Shown piece after piece: positions 26,560 through 41,978 of a stretch of DNA of 64,000 nucleotides. Below the pieces are notes generated by a model that worked only from the letters and a program-made list of their open reading frames with translations, was not told the origin of the DNA and ran no database searches. Source of the stretch: Octopus sinensis (Eukaryota); contig NC_043023.1 of NCBI RefSeq assembly GCF_006345805.1, positions 12,524,001 through 12,588,000 on the forward strand. Direction: 5' to 3'. Position 1 is the first letter of the stretch, and the number at the start of each line of letters is the position of its first letter. The translations under genes and the position numbers were made by a program.

Positions 26560-26805
26560 TGTATGCATGTATGTGTGTGTGTGTGCGTGTCTGTGCTTGT
26601 GATGTCCTCACCCACCACTGCTTGACAACGAATGTTGGTTTGTTTACATCCCTGTCACCTAGTGGTTTGACAAAGGAAACAGATAGAATAAGTACAATGC
26701 TTACAAAAATAAAACGGAGTGATTCATTAAACTACAATTCTTCAAGGCATTGCCCCAGCATGGCCACAGACCAATGGCTGGAAAAAGCAGAAGAATAAAG
26801 AATAC
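26560..26805 (+). mobile_element. Old diverged SINE 3' half
   Basis: GCTTGACAAC...GATAGAATAAGTAC...CCAGCATGGCC matches the 3' half of the SINE at 16623-17062. Confidence 0.6.
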
Positions 26806-27645
26806 ATTCTCTGCTTTGGTCTTATGTTCAAGGCATGAGAAAGCTTGAGTTTACATGAGAAGGCCTAACAGACCTGGTAGAAACAGCAGCCAAATCTCCC
26901 TCAAATCACACCTTACAAAATCACACCTTACTGTCTTATCTATGTATATATGTATGTATGAGCCTATGAGGGAGACCCCTACATGGCAGCTAGACATGGT
27001 AGAAATAGCAGCCAAATCTCCCTCAAATCACACCTTACTGTCTTATCTTTCTGCTACTTGGATATAGGTGTTATATTCGTCGTAAAAAAGTTTCCTGTCA
27101 CACACGCACACACACACACACACACACACGCACCCTCACACACCACAGACGCAAACACACAGCACGTTAGCTTACAATTTATTTTATATATTTGCGTTGT
27201 ATGTGTGGAAGAGAAGTGGGAGGCAGAGTGAAAGAATCACTCACTACAGTAAGTGAATTAGTTTCATTTTATTCGTTGCCGACTGTGTGTGTGCGTTGCG
27301 TGTGGTGTAAACCAGACTAAGAAAACATTTGACACACACACCAGAATGTGAGTTTTCTGTAAATTTTGCTTAATTGGAGTTTAAATTTTAAAAACTGGAC
27401 CTGGCATGACGCGATGCATTGTACTCTTAAAAATGCTAGGTAAATTGTAATTGAAGAAATCCTATATTGTAGATTTGTATAACTCCCAAAGGGAGGCAGA
27501 TAAAATCTGCCTTTTATAATAAGAGATGTTGATGTAATTCATCCTAAGGAGACATCTACAGCTGGCTACACGACATGATCTGTTTATATTCGCGAGTGCC
27601 CGTTCTCCATATTTTATTTGTTAGTATAAAATACTTTTAAAAATG

Positions 27646-28130
27646 GAAGACTTAGCAAGACCAGTGAGAACAGTCAAAATCAAAATCAAAGCAAATCAAT
27701 TCATATATCAGAAAGCAGAACCAAATTGAGGTCGATCAACATCAGTGGGAATTGCAGCTGTGGTTAAGCGAACCATCAATCCTGGTCGTTCCGGCACCGC
27801 ACCGTCTAGCCTCCGTGTCGGTGGCATGTAAAAGCACCACCCGTTCGTGTCCGTTGCCAGCCTCACCTGGCCCCCGTGTCGGTGGCACGTAAAAGCACCA
27901 TCCGTTCGTGGCCGTTTGCCAGTTCTGTCTGGCACCTGTGCGGGTGGCGCGTAAAAAGCACCCACTACACTCACGGAGTGGTTGGCGTTAGGAAGGGCAT
28001 CCAGCCGTAGGAACACTGCCAGATCTGACTGGGCTTGATGAAGCCTTCTAGCTTCACAGACCCCAGTTGAACCGTCCAACCCATGCTAGCATAGAAAACG
28101 GATGCTAAATGATGATGATGATGATGATGA
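27646..28130 (+). mobile_element. RTE LINE 3' fragment
   Basis: Paralogous to 17869-18580. Confidence 0.85.
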
Positions 28131-29314
28131 ATCTTCCTAATTTTTTGCAGATTTAAGAATTATCTTTTAAATCTGTAGGTCAAAAGGTAAAAATCCCAGC
28201 GCTTCTCTATTTCCTTTCGTAATTGTGCATTATGTTGGGAGCGGGTCCATCTTTTCCCTCCCCGTTGTCATTGGAAGAATTAATCAACCTTCGAATATCG
28301 AACACACGACACTACATTCCATCCACTGACGGTTCTCTCAAAGTAGCAACTTAATTATACATGAGAGAAAATAGATCACTGTGATCATCATCATCATCAT
28401 CGTTTAACGTCCGATTTCCATTCTAGCATGGGTTGCATGATTTGATTGAGGACTGGCGAGCCAAGAGGCAGCACCAGGCTCCAATCTGATCCGGCAGAGT
28501 TTCTACAGCTGGATGCCCTTCCTAACACCAACCAGCTGTAGAAACTCTACCAGATCAGATTGGAGCCTGGTGCAGCCATCTGGGTCGCCAACTCTTCTCT
28601 GGGAATAATGGGGATCTTTTCGGTTTGAACGGCAGGTTTTAAAATTTCTAGGTAACTAAAAAAATTTTAAACTTCGTATACAGATAGAATGTATTTATAA
28701 AGCATCTTTTTCGTTGGCTCTATTGAGAAAATTCTGTAGTTTGTAACATAGTTGTTGTTTTTTTTTCTGCAATTTCAACCAATCAATGACGTCTACTGAG
28801 GTAAAAAAAAAACATTATGTGCCTTATGAATATGTCCCTCGTTTAAGAAACAGATTGGGTTTATTTACATTTTTGAAGAAAAAAAGATACCCTTCCTACA
28901 CCCCTAACCCTAACACAGATTGAAATACAATAGATCGATACAAGGGTCATAATTATGGGTGACAATTTCATATGACACCGCTACAAAAAACTGCCGGTCA
29001 AACCGAAAAGATCCTTTTCTTTTTACACAAAGGCGATGCTTCGATATATATGTACACACGTGACTTTGTTTACATTTGTGAAGATAACAGAAAGCCTTTT
29101 CTCCCCACTTCTAACCCTAACACGTGGAAATTATTTTCAAAAACTGCCGTTCAAACCGAAAAGATCCCAAATATCTTACAAACTGTAGAATTTTCTAAAT
29201 AAAGCCAAGAGAAACAGATGTTTTATAAACACATTCTACCAGTATACGAAGTTTAAAAGTGTTTCGTTACGTGGAAATTATTTTAAAAAACTGCCGGTCA
29301 AACCGAAAAGATCC

Positions 29315-29726
29315 CCAAAAGGTATCCAAGCATTGTTCTTTAGATGAGAGAGAAGTGTGAAGGAAGGACAATGATTGGACAGGAGAGAAAATGACGTCAG
29401 AAACGGATCGGAAGTGCAACGGCCTGACGTCACATCAGGAAGATATAAGTCAAAGATGCCTTCTTTCTTTCGGTGTCTGCGACGGGGTCCAGTTCGTGCG
29501 CTGGAAACGGTCGTAGATTAGAATATGTGAGTGTATATATTCTATATTACCTTGAAGGTAAAATCGTTGACAGAATGGGACAAAGAAGACACCGGAACGA
29601 AACGAACCAGTCATAGAAAATTGAAGAACTATAACCATATAAAGGGATATAACTTTCCTTAATTAATTAATTAAGGTGCTTAATTAACGATCACTGACTC
29701 GTTATTTATATCTGAATACGGTAAGT
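29315..29726 (+). promoter_or_regulatory. Putative ZNF promoter and exon 1 (unit 4)
   Basis: TGACGTCA 29392 and 29425; donor GTAAGT 29721. Confidence 0.7.
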
Positions 29727-32182
29727 TGATAAAGATTTATTTTAAGGCTGTAATGATGATGATAATAGCAATAATGATAAGGTACTACTAGCGAACAGTG
29801 GTCCCGGTGCGTGCACTCGCATATCCGCGCTTACTAGTCGTAAGTAGTCGATCCTACAATCTTTAAAACTAAGTAAATAAATAATTTTTATAAACAAACT
29901 AAAGTTAAGGTTAAAAAGTCGTAGGATCGACTACATACGACTAGCTAGCACGGATGCCTGAGTGCGCGCACCTGGACCACTGTTCGCTAGTAGTACCGTG
30001 CACCTCGCCAAGATAATGACGCTTACTTCTGAGAAAAAGTTAGGAAATGGGAAATATATCCAGAATACATAAAGTATGGAGGAAATTAGAAAGATTAATC
30101 TATTTTTTAAATATTTTATACTAAAAAATAAAATACGGAGAACGGGCACTCGCGAATATAAACAAAAAATAAGGGTACTATTTAAGAAGAGAGGTCGCGG
30201 TCGGCGCGCTAGCTAGTCGTGACTAGTCGATCCTTACTTTGTATTTTTGTTTTAAAAAAATTATTTTCTTTGTTTGAAAAAATGAGCGTAACTTCGGTAT
30301 AGGTACCGGAGTACCAGATACATTTCAAGAAAGTGTCTTTTTTTTTATATATTGGGGGGGGGGGGGATTATGGTTAAGGGTTGTGTTAGGGGTGGGAGAA
30401 AAGGGTTTCTGTTATCTTCAGAAATGTAAACAAAGCCACTCACGGTGCCTATACCGAAGGATCGCCAAAAAATTATTTATTTTGTGTTTTATTTACTTTG
30501 CTAGGTAGTCGTTGTAGGATCGACTAGTCACGACTAACTAGCGCGAGTGCGCGCACCGGGACCACTCTTTTTAAATAGTACCGGAGGAAATTAGAACGAT
30601 TAATGTATTTTTTAAACTATTTTATACTAAAAAATAAAATACGCAGAACGGGCACTCGCGAATATAAACAAACATGTATGTACGTATACGTATGTATTTA
30701 TGCATATATATGTATTATTATGTATACATATATGTGTGTGTGTAAAGGTGAAAGAAATTGAATATTAATTAATAACATCAATTTCGTATGGATTTTGGCG
30801 TTTGGTTCAGCAAATTACGTTTTTGATATACTCTACCGATGATTCGAAAATGATTTGTAAGTAAAATTACACAATCTAGAGTTAAACCATTTTTTCGTTA
30901 TTTTTCATTTGTCCTGCCCGCTTACATTCTTGGCCTGTTGAATTAATGCTAGAGAACAATTCTTTAGTGGTGGATTCCCTTTGCGGATCTATTTCTAGCG
31001 TTAGAGTGACCACATGTGGTCCCTCTCTTATTACTTGTATGTATATATATATGTGTGTGTGTGTGTGTATACAAATATATTTGTAGTGAATCTTGCATGC
31101 ATGAAGTAGATTGGATCCACCATAGCCAAAATTTTAATTAACCCTTCACCAAAATTTTCCCCACGGCAGAACAATAGAGAAATCTCTATACAGAATGTTG
31201 TAAAAGTTTCAACGCCTCAATGGATTCTGACCCCTGCAAACATAGACATTAAATGGATGACAGTGTTGATGTTGTAAGATTTGCAATGTTGAATTACTAT
31301 GTCGTTTAATGATTCTCTTTATCTCACTGCTTCTTTTTTTTCCTATTTCAGAATATAACATCCTGTTGATATGAAAGAAATTACTTCATTCAGATGTGCC
31401 TCTGATATTTTATCAGCTCCCATCAACCAAAGGAAGATGATATATTTATACGGAGCATTCATCAATACATCAAACTCATCTTATAAAGGAAATCTGTGAA
31501 AAACAACAGCAAAATATTTCTTCTGGACGATGGAATTAACAGCAACAATTTGAAGTCTTTGCTGTCTGGAATATAGAGGAGATGATTGTTTTACAGGTTA
31601 ATTAAGCTTGGATAACTTTACAAAGGGGTAGACAATTGTCACCTCTTCATTTAGATATTAAGCAAAATCACAGATGAAAGAAGCATAGCATTAAATTATT
31701 CTCTGAAAATAGCAACACAAATATATTCATAGAAATGAATTTTTTTCCTATTTCAGAATATCATACCATGTTGATTTAAAAGAAATTTCTTCATTCAGAT
31801 GTGTGTCTGATATTTTTATTGACTTTCATCAATTAAAGGAAGACCATATATTCATAAGGCACATTCATCAATACATCAGCCTCTTTATATAAATAAAATC
31901 TTCGACGAACGATGGGGAAATATTTCTTCTGGATGATGGAATTAAGAGCAACATTTTTTTTGCCATCTGGAATGTAGAGATGATGATGAACCTACAGGTT
32001 AAGTTTGAGTAACTTTACAAAAGAGTTAACCAATTTATATCTTCTGTTTTAGATATTAAGCAAGATCACCAATGAAAGTAACATAACATTTAATTATTCT
32101 CTGATGCATTTGAACGCAAACATTCATAGAAATGAAACAGTTACTATCATTGTGATATGTATAACGAAATTATTATCTCATA

Positions 32183-33655
32183 ATGAATAATTCAACGAAA
32201 GCAAAAATCAATGATAAAAGAGAGAAGCCATATCACTGTGATATCTGTGGAAAGTCATTCTCTGAAAGTGGTAATTTAAGAAGGCACAGACGTGTTCATA
32301 CTGGAGAAAAACCATATCAGTGTGATATCTGTAGTATATCATTTTCTAGAAGTAACATTTTAACCGATCACAAACGTATTCATACAGGAGAGAAGCCATA
32401 CCATTGTGATATCTGTGGTAAATCATTCACTACAAATAGTTCTTTGACTAGTCATATACGTATTCATACTGCGGAAAAACCATATCCGTGTGATATCTGT
32501 GGTAAATCATTCTCTACCAGTGGTAACTTAAATAAACACAAACGTACACATACAGGAGAAAAGCCCCATCATTGTAATATCTGTGGTAAATCATTTTCTA
32601 GAAGTAACATTTTAACTGATCACAAACGTATTCATACAGGAGAGAAGCCATACCATTGTGATATCTGTGGTAAATCATATTCTTGGCTTTCTTCTTTAAA
32701 TGGGCACAAACGTATTCATACAGGAGAGAAACCATACCATTGTGATATCTGTGGTAAATCATTCACTCACAGTAGTCACTTGCCTAAACATAAACGTATT
32801 CATACTGGGGAAAAACCATATCATTGTGATATCTGTGGTGAATCATTCTCTGAAATTGGCACTTTAACCGGACACCTACGTACTCATACAGGAGAGAAAC
32901 CATATCAGTGTGATATCTGTGGTAAATCATTCTCTACCAGTAGTGACTTAAATAAGCACAAACGTACACATACAGGAGAAAAGCCCCATCATTGTAATAT
33001 CTGTGGTAAATCATTCACTAGAAATAATCATTTGACTAAACATATACGTATTCATACAGGAGAAAAGCCCCATCATTGTAATATCTGTGGTAAATCATTT
33101 TCTAGAAGTAACATTTTAACTGATCACAAACGTATTCATATAGGAGAGAAGCCATACCATTGTGATATCTGTGGTAAATCATTTTCTAGAAGTAACATTT
33201 TAACTGATCACAAACGTATTCATACAGGAGAGAAGCCATACCATTGTGATATCTGTGGTAAATCATATTCTTGGAGTAACGTTTTAAGTAGTCACAAACG
33301 TATTCATACAGGAGAGAAGCCATACCATTGTGATATCTGTGGTAAATCATTTTCTAGAAATAGTACTTTGACTAGTCATGTACGTATTCATACTGGGGAA
33401 AAACCATATCATTGTGATACCTGTGGTAAATCATTCTCTGAAAATAGCCATTTAACCAGACACCTACGTATTCATACAGGAGAGAAGCCATATCATTGTG
33501 ATATCTGTGGTAAATCATTCTCTCACAGTAGTCACTTGCCTAAACATAAACGTATTCATACTGGGGAAAAACCATATCATTGTGATATTTGTGGTGAGTC
33601 ATTCTCTCAAAAACCCCACTTAAGTTCACATCTGAGTATTCATCAACAGGTGTAA
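32183..33655 (+). CDS. C2H2 zinc-finger protein, 17 fingers, full-length (copy 4)
   Basis: 490-aa ORF ending in the conserved terminal finger ...[15 protein letters not shown]. Confidence 0.95.
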   Translation: MNNSTKAKINDKREKPYHCDICGKSFSESGNLRRHRRVHTGEKPYQCDICSISFSRSNILTDHKRIHTGEKPYHCDICGKSFTTNSSLTSHIRIHTAEKPYPCDICGKSFSTSGNLNKHKRTHTGEKPHHCNICGKSFSRSNILTDHKRIHTGEKPYHCDICGKSYSWLSSLNGHKRIHTGEKPYHCDICGKSFTHSSHLPKHKRIHTGEKPYHCDICGESFSEIGTLTGHLRTHTGEKPYQCDICGKSFSTSSDLNKHKRTHTGEKPHHCNICGKSFTRNNHLTKHIRIHTGEKPHHCNICGKSFSRSNILTDHKRIHIGEKPYHCDICGKSFSRSNILTDHKRIHTGEKPYHCDICGKSYSWSNVLSSHKRIHTGEKPYHCDICGKSFSRNSTLTSHVRIHTGEKPYHCDTCGKSFSENSHLTRHLRIHTGEKPYHCDICGKSFSHSSHLPKHKRIHTGEKPYHCDICGESFSQKPHLSSHLSIHQQV

Positions 33656-33681
33656 TCGTATCAATATCAAAATTTGTTACA

Positions 33682-34176
33682 ACCCGGCAGGAAAAGTGAG
33701 TCCATAAACCATGGCCTCTACCTGGAGTGTTGCCAGTCCACTTATGCATACCTTTCCTTCTTGGGACACAAAACTCTACTTGTGAAGACCTGTTGAGGCA
33801 AGTGAGAATCAGGATCAAAATCGAAATCAATCAACATTAATGGAAATTGTAGCTGTGATACCAGTGCTGGTGGGACGTAAAAAGCAACATTTGAATGTGG
33901 CCGTTGCCAGCACCGTCCCAACTGGCTTCCGGGCCAGTGGCATGTAAGAAGCACCGACCGATCGTGGCCGCTGCCAGCCTCTCCTGGCCCTTGTGCCCGT
34001 GGCACGTAAAAAGCATCCACTACATTCACAGAGTGGTTGGCGTTTAGGAAGGGCATCCAGCTGTAGAAACACTGCCAGATCAGACTGCAACCCGGTGCAG
34101 CCTCCTGGCTTCCCAGACCCCAGTCAACCGTCCAACCCATTCTAGCAGGGAAAACAGATGTTAAACAATGATGATG
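33682..34176 (+). mobile_element. Truncated RTE LINE 3' end (ZNF 3'UTR, copy 4)
   Basis: Paralogous to 5988-6479. Confidence 0.85.
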
Positions 34177-34289
34177 AGGAGGATTCTCCATTGTTTCCTG
34201 TGACAGACAGCTGTTCTTTTGTGTACTGGACATTTCCAATGTTTTGTTATTAAACATTTTGTAAAAATAAAATTTTTTGTGCATGCTTA

Positions 34290-34687
34290 TTCTCTCTTTC
34301 TCTTTCTCTTTTACTTGTTTCAGTCATTTGACTGTGGCCATGCTGGAGCTCCGCCTTTAATAGAGCATCTCGACCCCGGGACTTATTCTTTTGTAAGCCC
34401 AGTACTTATTCTATCGGTCTCTTTTGCCGAACTGCTAAGTGACGGGGACATAGACACACCAGCATCGATTGTCAAGCAATGCTAGGGGGACAAACACAAA
34501 TACATGCATATATATACATCTATACAACAGGCTTCTTTCAGTTTCCGTCTATCAAATCCACTCACAAGGCTTTGGTCGGCATGAGGCTATAGTAGAAGAC
34601 ACTTACCCAAGGTGCCACGCAGTTGGACTGAATCTGGAACCATGTGGTTGGTAAGCAAGCTACATACCACACAGCCACTCCTGCGCC
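34290..34687 (-). mobile_element. tRNA-derived SINE
   Basis: Paralogous to 16623-17062. Confidence 0.85.
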
Positions 34688-35486
34688 TATATGTATATTG
34701 TGATTACATTTTCTTTTGAATTGTCATATCTTGTGCCACATCTTCTGGGTAATCGGTAGCCATCTTATTTCTGGTGCCACTAAAAACTTTCTATTTTCAT
34801 GCCCTGCACTGAAGGGGGAGACTTGTAGTGACGCCTGGTCCCAGACGCCATTTTAGGATTTTCACCACGCATGTGCAGGAGTAAGAGCTTGCCGGAAGCC
34901 CCCTATGCGCATGTGCAGTCATCAGCATCAGCTACGCTTGACCGCTGTCCTCTCTCCCTCTTCGCCCCTGCTTCCAACCAAGCCGGACGCAACTTGACCA
35001 GCTCCGTGTGGCTGGAATTCTGAAGGCGATCCATGACTTCCGCGAATCTGTGGAGTATGCCTTCACAATCGTGATTAAAGTGTCTCTGCAGCTTCCGCAC
35101 CAAGGCGACCTGGCTACTGATTGTCCAGAGATGTAACGCTTGTACAGACAGAAAAATAAATATTGTTATTTGTTCAGAGATCCTTGTTCTATTGATTTTT
35201 TAATGGCTTTGCGGGGTGACTGGGGTAATGTAAAGATGTGCACGACCACCCTTGGACGGTTTTGAATGACCATAGAAAGTGCGAGCCCTCTAACTGAAAA
35301 ATTGTGGATTTGTATAAAGGACAGGCACACACAGACAGACATTTGGCCATTTATATATAGAGAGATGTTGATGTAATTCAGCCTAAGGAGACATCTACAG
35401 CTGGCTACACGACATGATCTGTTTATATTCGCGAGTGCCCGTTCTCCATATTTTATTTGTTAGTATAAAATACTTCTAAAAAATGG

Positions 35487-36030
35487 AAGACCCGGCAAGA
35501 CCAGTGAGAACATTCAAAATCAAAATCAAAGCAAATCAATTCATATATCAGAAAGCAGAAGCAAATTGAGGTCGATCAACATCAGTGGGAATTGCAGCTG
35601 TGGTTAAGCGAACCATCCGATCGTGGTCGTTTCCGGCGCCGCCCTCGTCTAGCCTCCATGTCAGTGACACGTAAAAGCACCATCCGTTCGTGGCCGTTTG
35701 CCAGCTCTGTCTGGCCCCCGTGTCGGTAACACATAAAAGCACCATCCGTTTGTGACCGTTTGCTAGCTCTGTCTGGCCACCGTGTCGGTGGCACGTAAAA
35801 GCACCATCCGTTCATGACCGTCTGCCAGCTCTTTCTGGCACCTGTGCGGGTGGCACGTAAAAAGCACCCACTACACTCACGGAGTGGTTGGCGTTAGGAA
35901 GGGCATCCAGCCATAGAAACACTGCCAGATCTGACTGGGCTTGATGAAGCCTTCTAGCTTCACAGACCCCAGTTGAACCGTCCAACACATGCTAGCATGG
36001 AAAGCGGACGCTAAATGATGATGATGATGA
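35487..36030 (+). mobile_element. RTE LINE 3' fragment
   Basis: Starts GAAGACCCGGCAAGAC (KTRQD), ends (GAT)n. Confidence 0.85.
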
Positions 36031-37224
36031 ATCTTCCTAATTTTCTGCAGATTTAAGAATTATCTTTTAAATCTGTAGGTCAAAAGGTAAAAATCCCAGC
36101 GCTTCTCTATTTCCTTTCGTAATTGTGCATTATGTTGGGAGCGGCACCATCTTTTCCCTCCCCGTTGTCATTGGAAGAATTAATCAACCTTCGAATATCG
36201 AACACACAACACTACATTCCATCCACTGACGGTTCTCTCAAAGTAGCAACTTAATTATACATGAGAGAAAATAGATCACTGTGATCATCATCATCATCAT
36301 CGTTTAACGTCCGATTTCCATTGTAGCATGGGTTGCACGATTTGATTGAGGACTGGCGAACCAAGTGGCAACACCAGGCTCCAATCTGATCTGGCAGAGT
36401 TACTACAGCTGGATGCCCTTCCTAACACCAACCAGCTGTAGAAACTCTACCAGATCAGATTGGAGCCTGGTGCAGCCATCTGGTTCGACAACTGTTCTCT
36501 GGGAATAATGGGGATCATTTCGGTTTGAACAGCAGGTTTTAAAATTTCTAGGTAACTAAAAAAATTTTAAACTTCGTATACAGATAGAATGTATTTATAA
36601 AGCATCTTTTTCGTTGGCTCTAATGAGAAAATTCTGTAGTTTGTAACATATTTGTTGTTTTTATTTCTGCAATTCCAACCAATCAATGACGTCTTTTGAG
36701 GTAAAAAAAAACATTATGTGCCTTATGAATATGTCCCTCGTTTAAGAAACAGATTGGGTTTATTTACATTTTTGAAGAAAAAAAAGATACCCTTCCTCCA
36801 CCCCTAACACTAACACTGATTGAAATGCAATAGATCGATACTAGGGTCATAATTATGGGTGACAATTTCATATGACACCGCTACAAAAAACTGCCGGTCA
36901 AACCGAAAAGATCCTTTTCTTTTTACACAAAGTAAATAATAAGGTGATGCTTCCATATATAAGTACGCACGTGACTTTGTTTACATTTGTGAAGATAACA
37001 GAAAGCCTTTTCTCCCCACTTCTAACCCTAACACGTGGAAATCATTTTAAAAAGCTGCCGTTCAAACCGAAAAGATCCCAAATATCTTCCACACTGTAGA
37101 ATTTTCTCAATAAAGCCAAGAGAAACAGATGTTTTATAAACACATTCTACCAGTATACGAAGTTTAAATGTTTAGTTACGTGGAAATTATTTTCAAAAAA
37201 CTGCCGGTCAAACCGAAAAGATCC

Positions 37225-37636
37225 CCAAAAGGTATCCAAGCATTGTTCTTTAGATGAGAGAGAAGTGTGAAGGAAGGACAATGATTGGACAGGAGAGAAA
37301 ATGACGTCAGAAACGGATTGGAAGTGCAACGGCCTGACGTCACATCAGGAAGATATAAGTCAAAGATGCCTTCTTTCCTTCGGGGTCTGCGACGGGGTCC
37401 AGTTCATGCGCTGGAAACGGTCGTAGATTAGAATATGTGAGTGTATATATTCTATATTACCTTGAAGGTAAAATCGTTGACAGAATGGGACAAAGAAGAC
37501 ACCGGAACGAAACGAACCAGTCATAGAAAATTGAAGAACTATAACCATATAAAGGGATATAACTTTCCTTAATTAATTAATTAAGGTGCTTAATTAACGA
37601 TCGTTGACTCGTTGTTTGTATCTGAATACGGTAAGT
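37225..37636 (+). promoter_or_regulatory. Putative ZNF promoter and exon 1 (unit 5)
   Basis: TGACGTCA 37302 and 37335; donor GTAAGT 37631. Confidence 0.7.
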
Positions 37637-38088
37637 TGACAAAGATTTATTTTAAGGCTGTAATGATGATGATAATACCAATAATAATAAGGTAGTACTA
37701 GCGAACAGTGGTCCCGGTGCGTGCACTCGTGTATCCGAGCTTGCTAGTCGTAAGTAGTCGATCCTACAATTTTTAAAACTAAGTAAATACATTATTTTTG
37801 TAAACAAACTAAGGTTAGGGTTAAAAAGTCGTAGGATCGACTACATACGACTAGCTTGCACGGATGCGTGAGTGCGCCCACCTGGACCAAGGTTCGCTAG
37901 TAGTACCGCGCACCTCTCCAAGATAATGACACTTACTTGTGAGAAAAAGTTTTGAAATGGGAAATATATCCAGAATACATAAAGTATGGAGAAAATTAGA
38001 AAGATTAATCTATTTTTTAAATATTTTATACTAAAAAATAAAATACGGAGAGAACGGGCACTCGCGAATATAAACAAAAATACAAGGG

Positions 38089-38359
38089 GTAAGAGTTAGC
38101 AGTTCCTTCTCTAAGCTTGGATTCGAAATCGAATCCAAGAATCATCGGTCGTCAAATACCAATGCATGTATAGGCGCGAAATTAAGAATCCCTTTGTGCT
38201 GACAAAAACTGATGATCATCTCCTTTGACCTCCGACCTGAGCAATGTCAGGACAAAGGGATTCTTAATTTCGCGCCTATACATGCATTGGTATTGACGAC
38301 CGATGATTCTTGGACTCGATTCGAATCCAAGCTTAGAGAAGGAACTGCTAACTCTTACA
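38089..38359. mobile_element. Palindromic MITE, (T)GT...ACA ends, 4-bp TSD AGGG (Ginger-like)
   Basis: About 120-bp inverted arms; AGGG at 38085-38088 and 38360-38363; empty site ATAAGGGTAC in other units. Confidence 0.75.
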
Positions 38360-40416
38360 AGGGTACTATTTAAGAAGAGAGGTCCAGGTGCGCGCATCAG
38401 CAGTAGCTAGTCGTGACTAGTCGATCCTTACTTGTATTTTGTTTTATTTACTTTGTTTTAAAAAAATTATATTCTTTGTTTGAAAAAATGACTAACTTCG
38501 GTATAGGTACCGGATAAGTACCAGATACATTTCAAGAAAGTGTTTTTTTTCTTATATATGGGGGCGTTTTATGGTTAAGGTTTGTGTTAGGGGGGGAGAA
38601 AAGGGTTTCTGTTATCTTCAGAAATGTAAACAAAGCCACTCACGGTACCTATACCGAAGGATCGCCAAAAACTAATTTACTTTTGTGTGAAACAATTATT
38701 TATTTTGTGTTTTATTTACTTTGCTAGGTAGTCGTTGTAGGATCGACTAATCGACTAACTACTAGCGCGAGTGCGCGCACCGGGACCACTCTTTTTAAAT
38801 AGTACCAGAGAAAATTAGAACGATTAATCTATTTTTTTAAACTATTTTATACAAAAAATAAATACGCAGAACGGGCACTCGCGAATATAAACAAACATGT
38901 ATGTACGTATACGTATGTATTTATGCATATATATGTATTTATATGTATACATATATGTGTGTGTGTAAGGGTGAAAGAAAATTGAATATTAATTAATAAC
39001 ATCAATTTCGTATGGATTTTGGCGTTTGGTTCAGCAAATTATGTTTTTGATATACTCTACCGATGATTCGAAAATGATTTGTAAGTAAAATACACAATCT
39101 ATTAACGATGAAATAATTGTATAGAGTTAATCCATTTTTTCGTTATTTTTCATTTGTCCTGCCCCCTTACATTCTTGGCGTGTTGAATTAATGCTTGAGA
39201 ACAATTCTTTAGTGGTGGATTCCCTTTGCCGATCTATTCTAGCATTAGAGTGACCACATGTGGTCCCTCTCTTAATACTTGTATATATATATATATATGT
39301 GTGTGTGTGGTGTACAAATATATTTGTAGTGTGAATCTTGCACGCATGAAGTAGATTGGATCACCAGAGCCAAAATTTTATTTTAACCCTTCACCAAAAT
39401 TTTTCCACGCAGCAGAAACAATAGAGAAATCTCTATACAGAATGTTGTAAAAGTTCAATGCCTCAATGGATTCTGACCCCTGCAAACATAGACATTAAAT
39501 GGATGACAGTGTTGATGTTGTAAGATTTGCAATGTTGAATTACTATGTCGTTTAATGATTCTCTTTATCTCACTGCTTCTTTTTTTTTCTATTTCAGAAT
39601 ATAACATCCTGTTGATATGAAAGAAATTACTTCATTCAGATGTGCCTCTGATATTTTATCAGCTCCCCATCAACCAAAGGAAGATGATATATTTATAAGG
39701 AGCATTCATCAATACATCAAACTCATCTTATAAAGGAAATCTGTGAAAAACAACAGCAAAATATTTCTTCTGGACGATGGAATTAACAGCAACAATTTGA
39801 AGTCTTTGCTGTTGGAATATAGAGGAGATGATTGTTTTACAGGTTAATTAAGCTTGGATAACTTTACAAAGGTTAGACGAATTGTCACCTCTTGATTTAG
39901 ATATAAGCAAGATCACAGATGAAGAAGCATAGCATTAAATTATCTCTGAAAGTTAGCAACACAAATATATTCATAGAAATGAATTTTTTCCTATTTCAGA
40001 ATATCATACCATGTTGATTTAAAAGAAATTTCTTCATTCGGGATGTGTGTCTGATATTTTTATTGACTTTCATCAATTAAAGGAAGACCATATATTCATA
40101 AGGCACATTCATCAAAACATCAGCTTCTTTATATAAATAAAAATCTTCGACGAACGATGGGGAATATTTCTTCTGGATGATGGAATTAAGAGCAACATTT
40201 TTTGCCATCTGGAATGTAGAGATGATGATGAACCTACGGGTTAAGTTGAGTAACTTTACGAAAGAGTTAACCAATTTATATCTTCTGTTTAGATATTAAG
40301 CAAGATACCAATGAAAGTAACATTTAATTATTCTCTGATGCATGTGAACACAAACATTCATAGAAATGAAACAGATACTATCATGGTGATATGTATAACG
40401 AAATTATTATCTCATA

Positions 40417-41467
<1,051 letters not shown>

Positions 41468-41493
41468 TCGTATCAATATCAAAATTTATTACA

Positions 41494-41978
41494 ACCCGGC
41501 AGGACAAGTGAGACCATAACCCATGGTCTCTACCTGGGATGTAGCCAGTCCACTTATGCATACCTTTCCTTCTTGGGACAGAAAACTCTACTACTGAAGA
41601 CCTGTTGATGCAAGTGAGAATCAAAATCGAAATCAATCAACATCAATGGAAATTGTAGCTGTGATACCAGTACTGGTTGCACGTAAAAAGCACCATCCGA
41701 TCGTGGCCATTGCCAGCCACGCCTGGCCTCTGTGCCGGTGGCACATAAAAAGCAACGGCCGATCTTGGCCGAAGCAGCCTCCCCTGGCCCCTGTGCCGGT
41801 GCACATGAAAAGCATCCACTACACTGACAGAGTAGTTGGCGTTTAGGAAGGGCATCCAGCTGTAGAGACACTGCCAGATCAGACTGCAACCTGGTGCAGC
41901 CTCCTGGTTTCCCAGACCCAGTCAACTGTCCAACCCATGCTAGCAGGGAAAACAGATGTTAAACAATGATGATGATGA
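41494..41978 (+). mobile_element. Truncated RTE LINE 3' end (ZNF 3'UTR, copy 5)
   Basis: Paralogous to 5988-6479. Confidence 0.85.
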
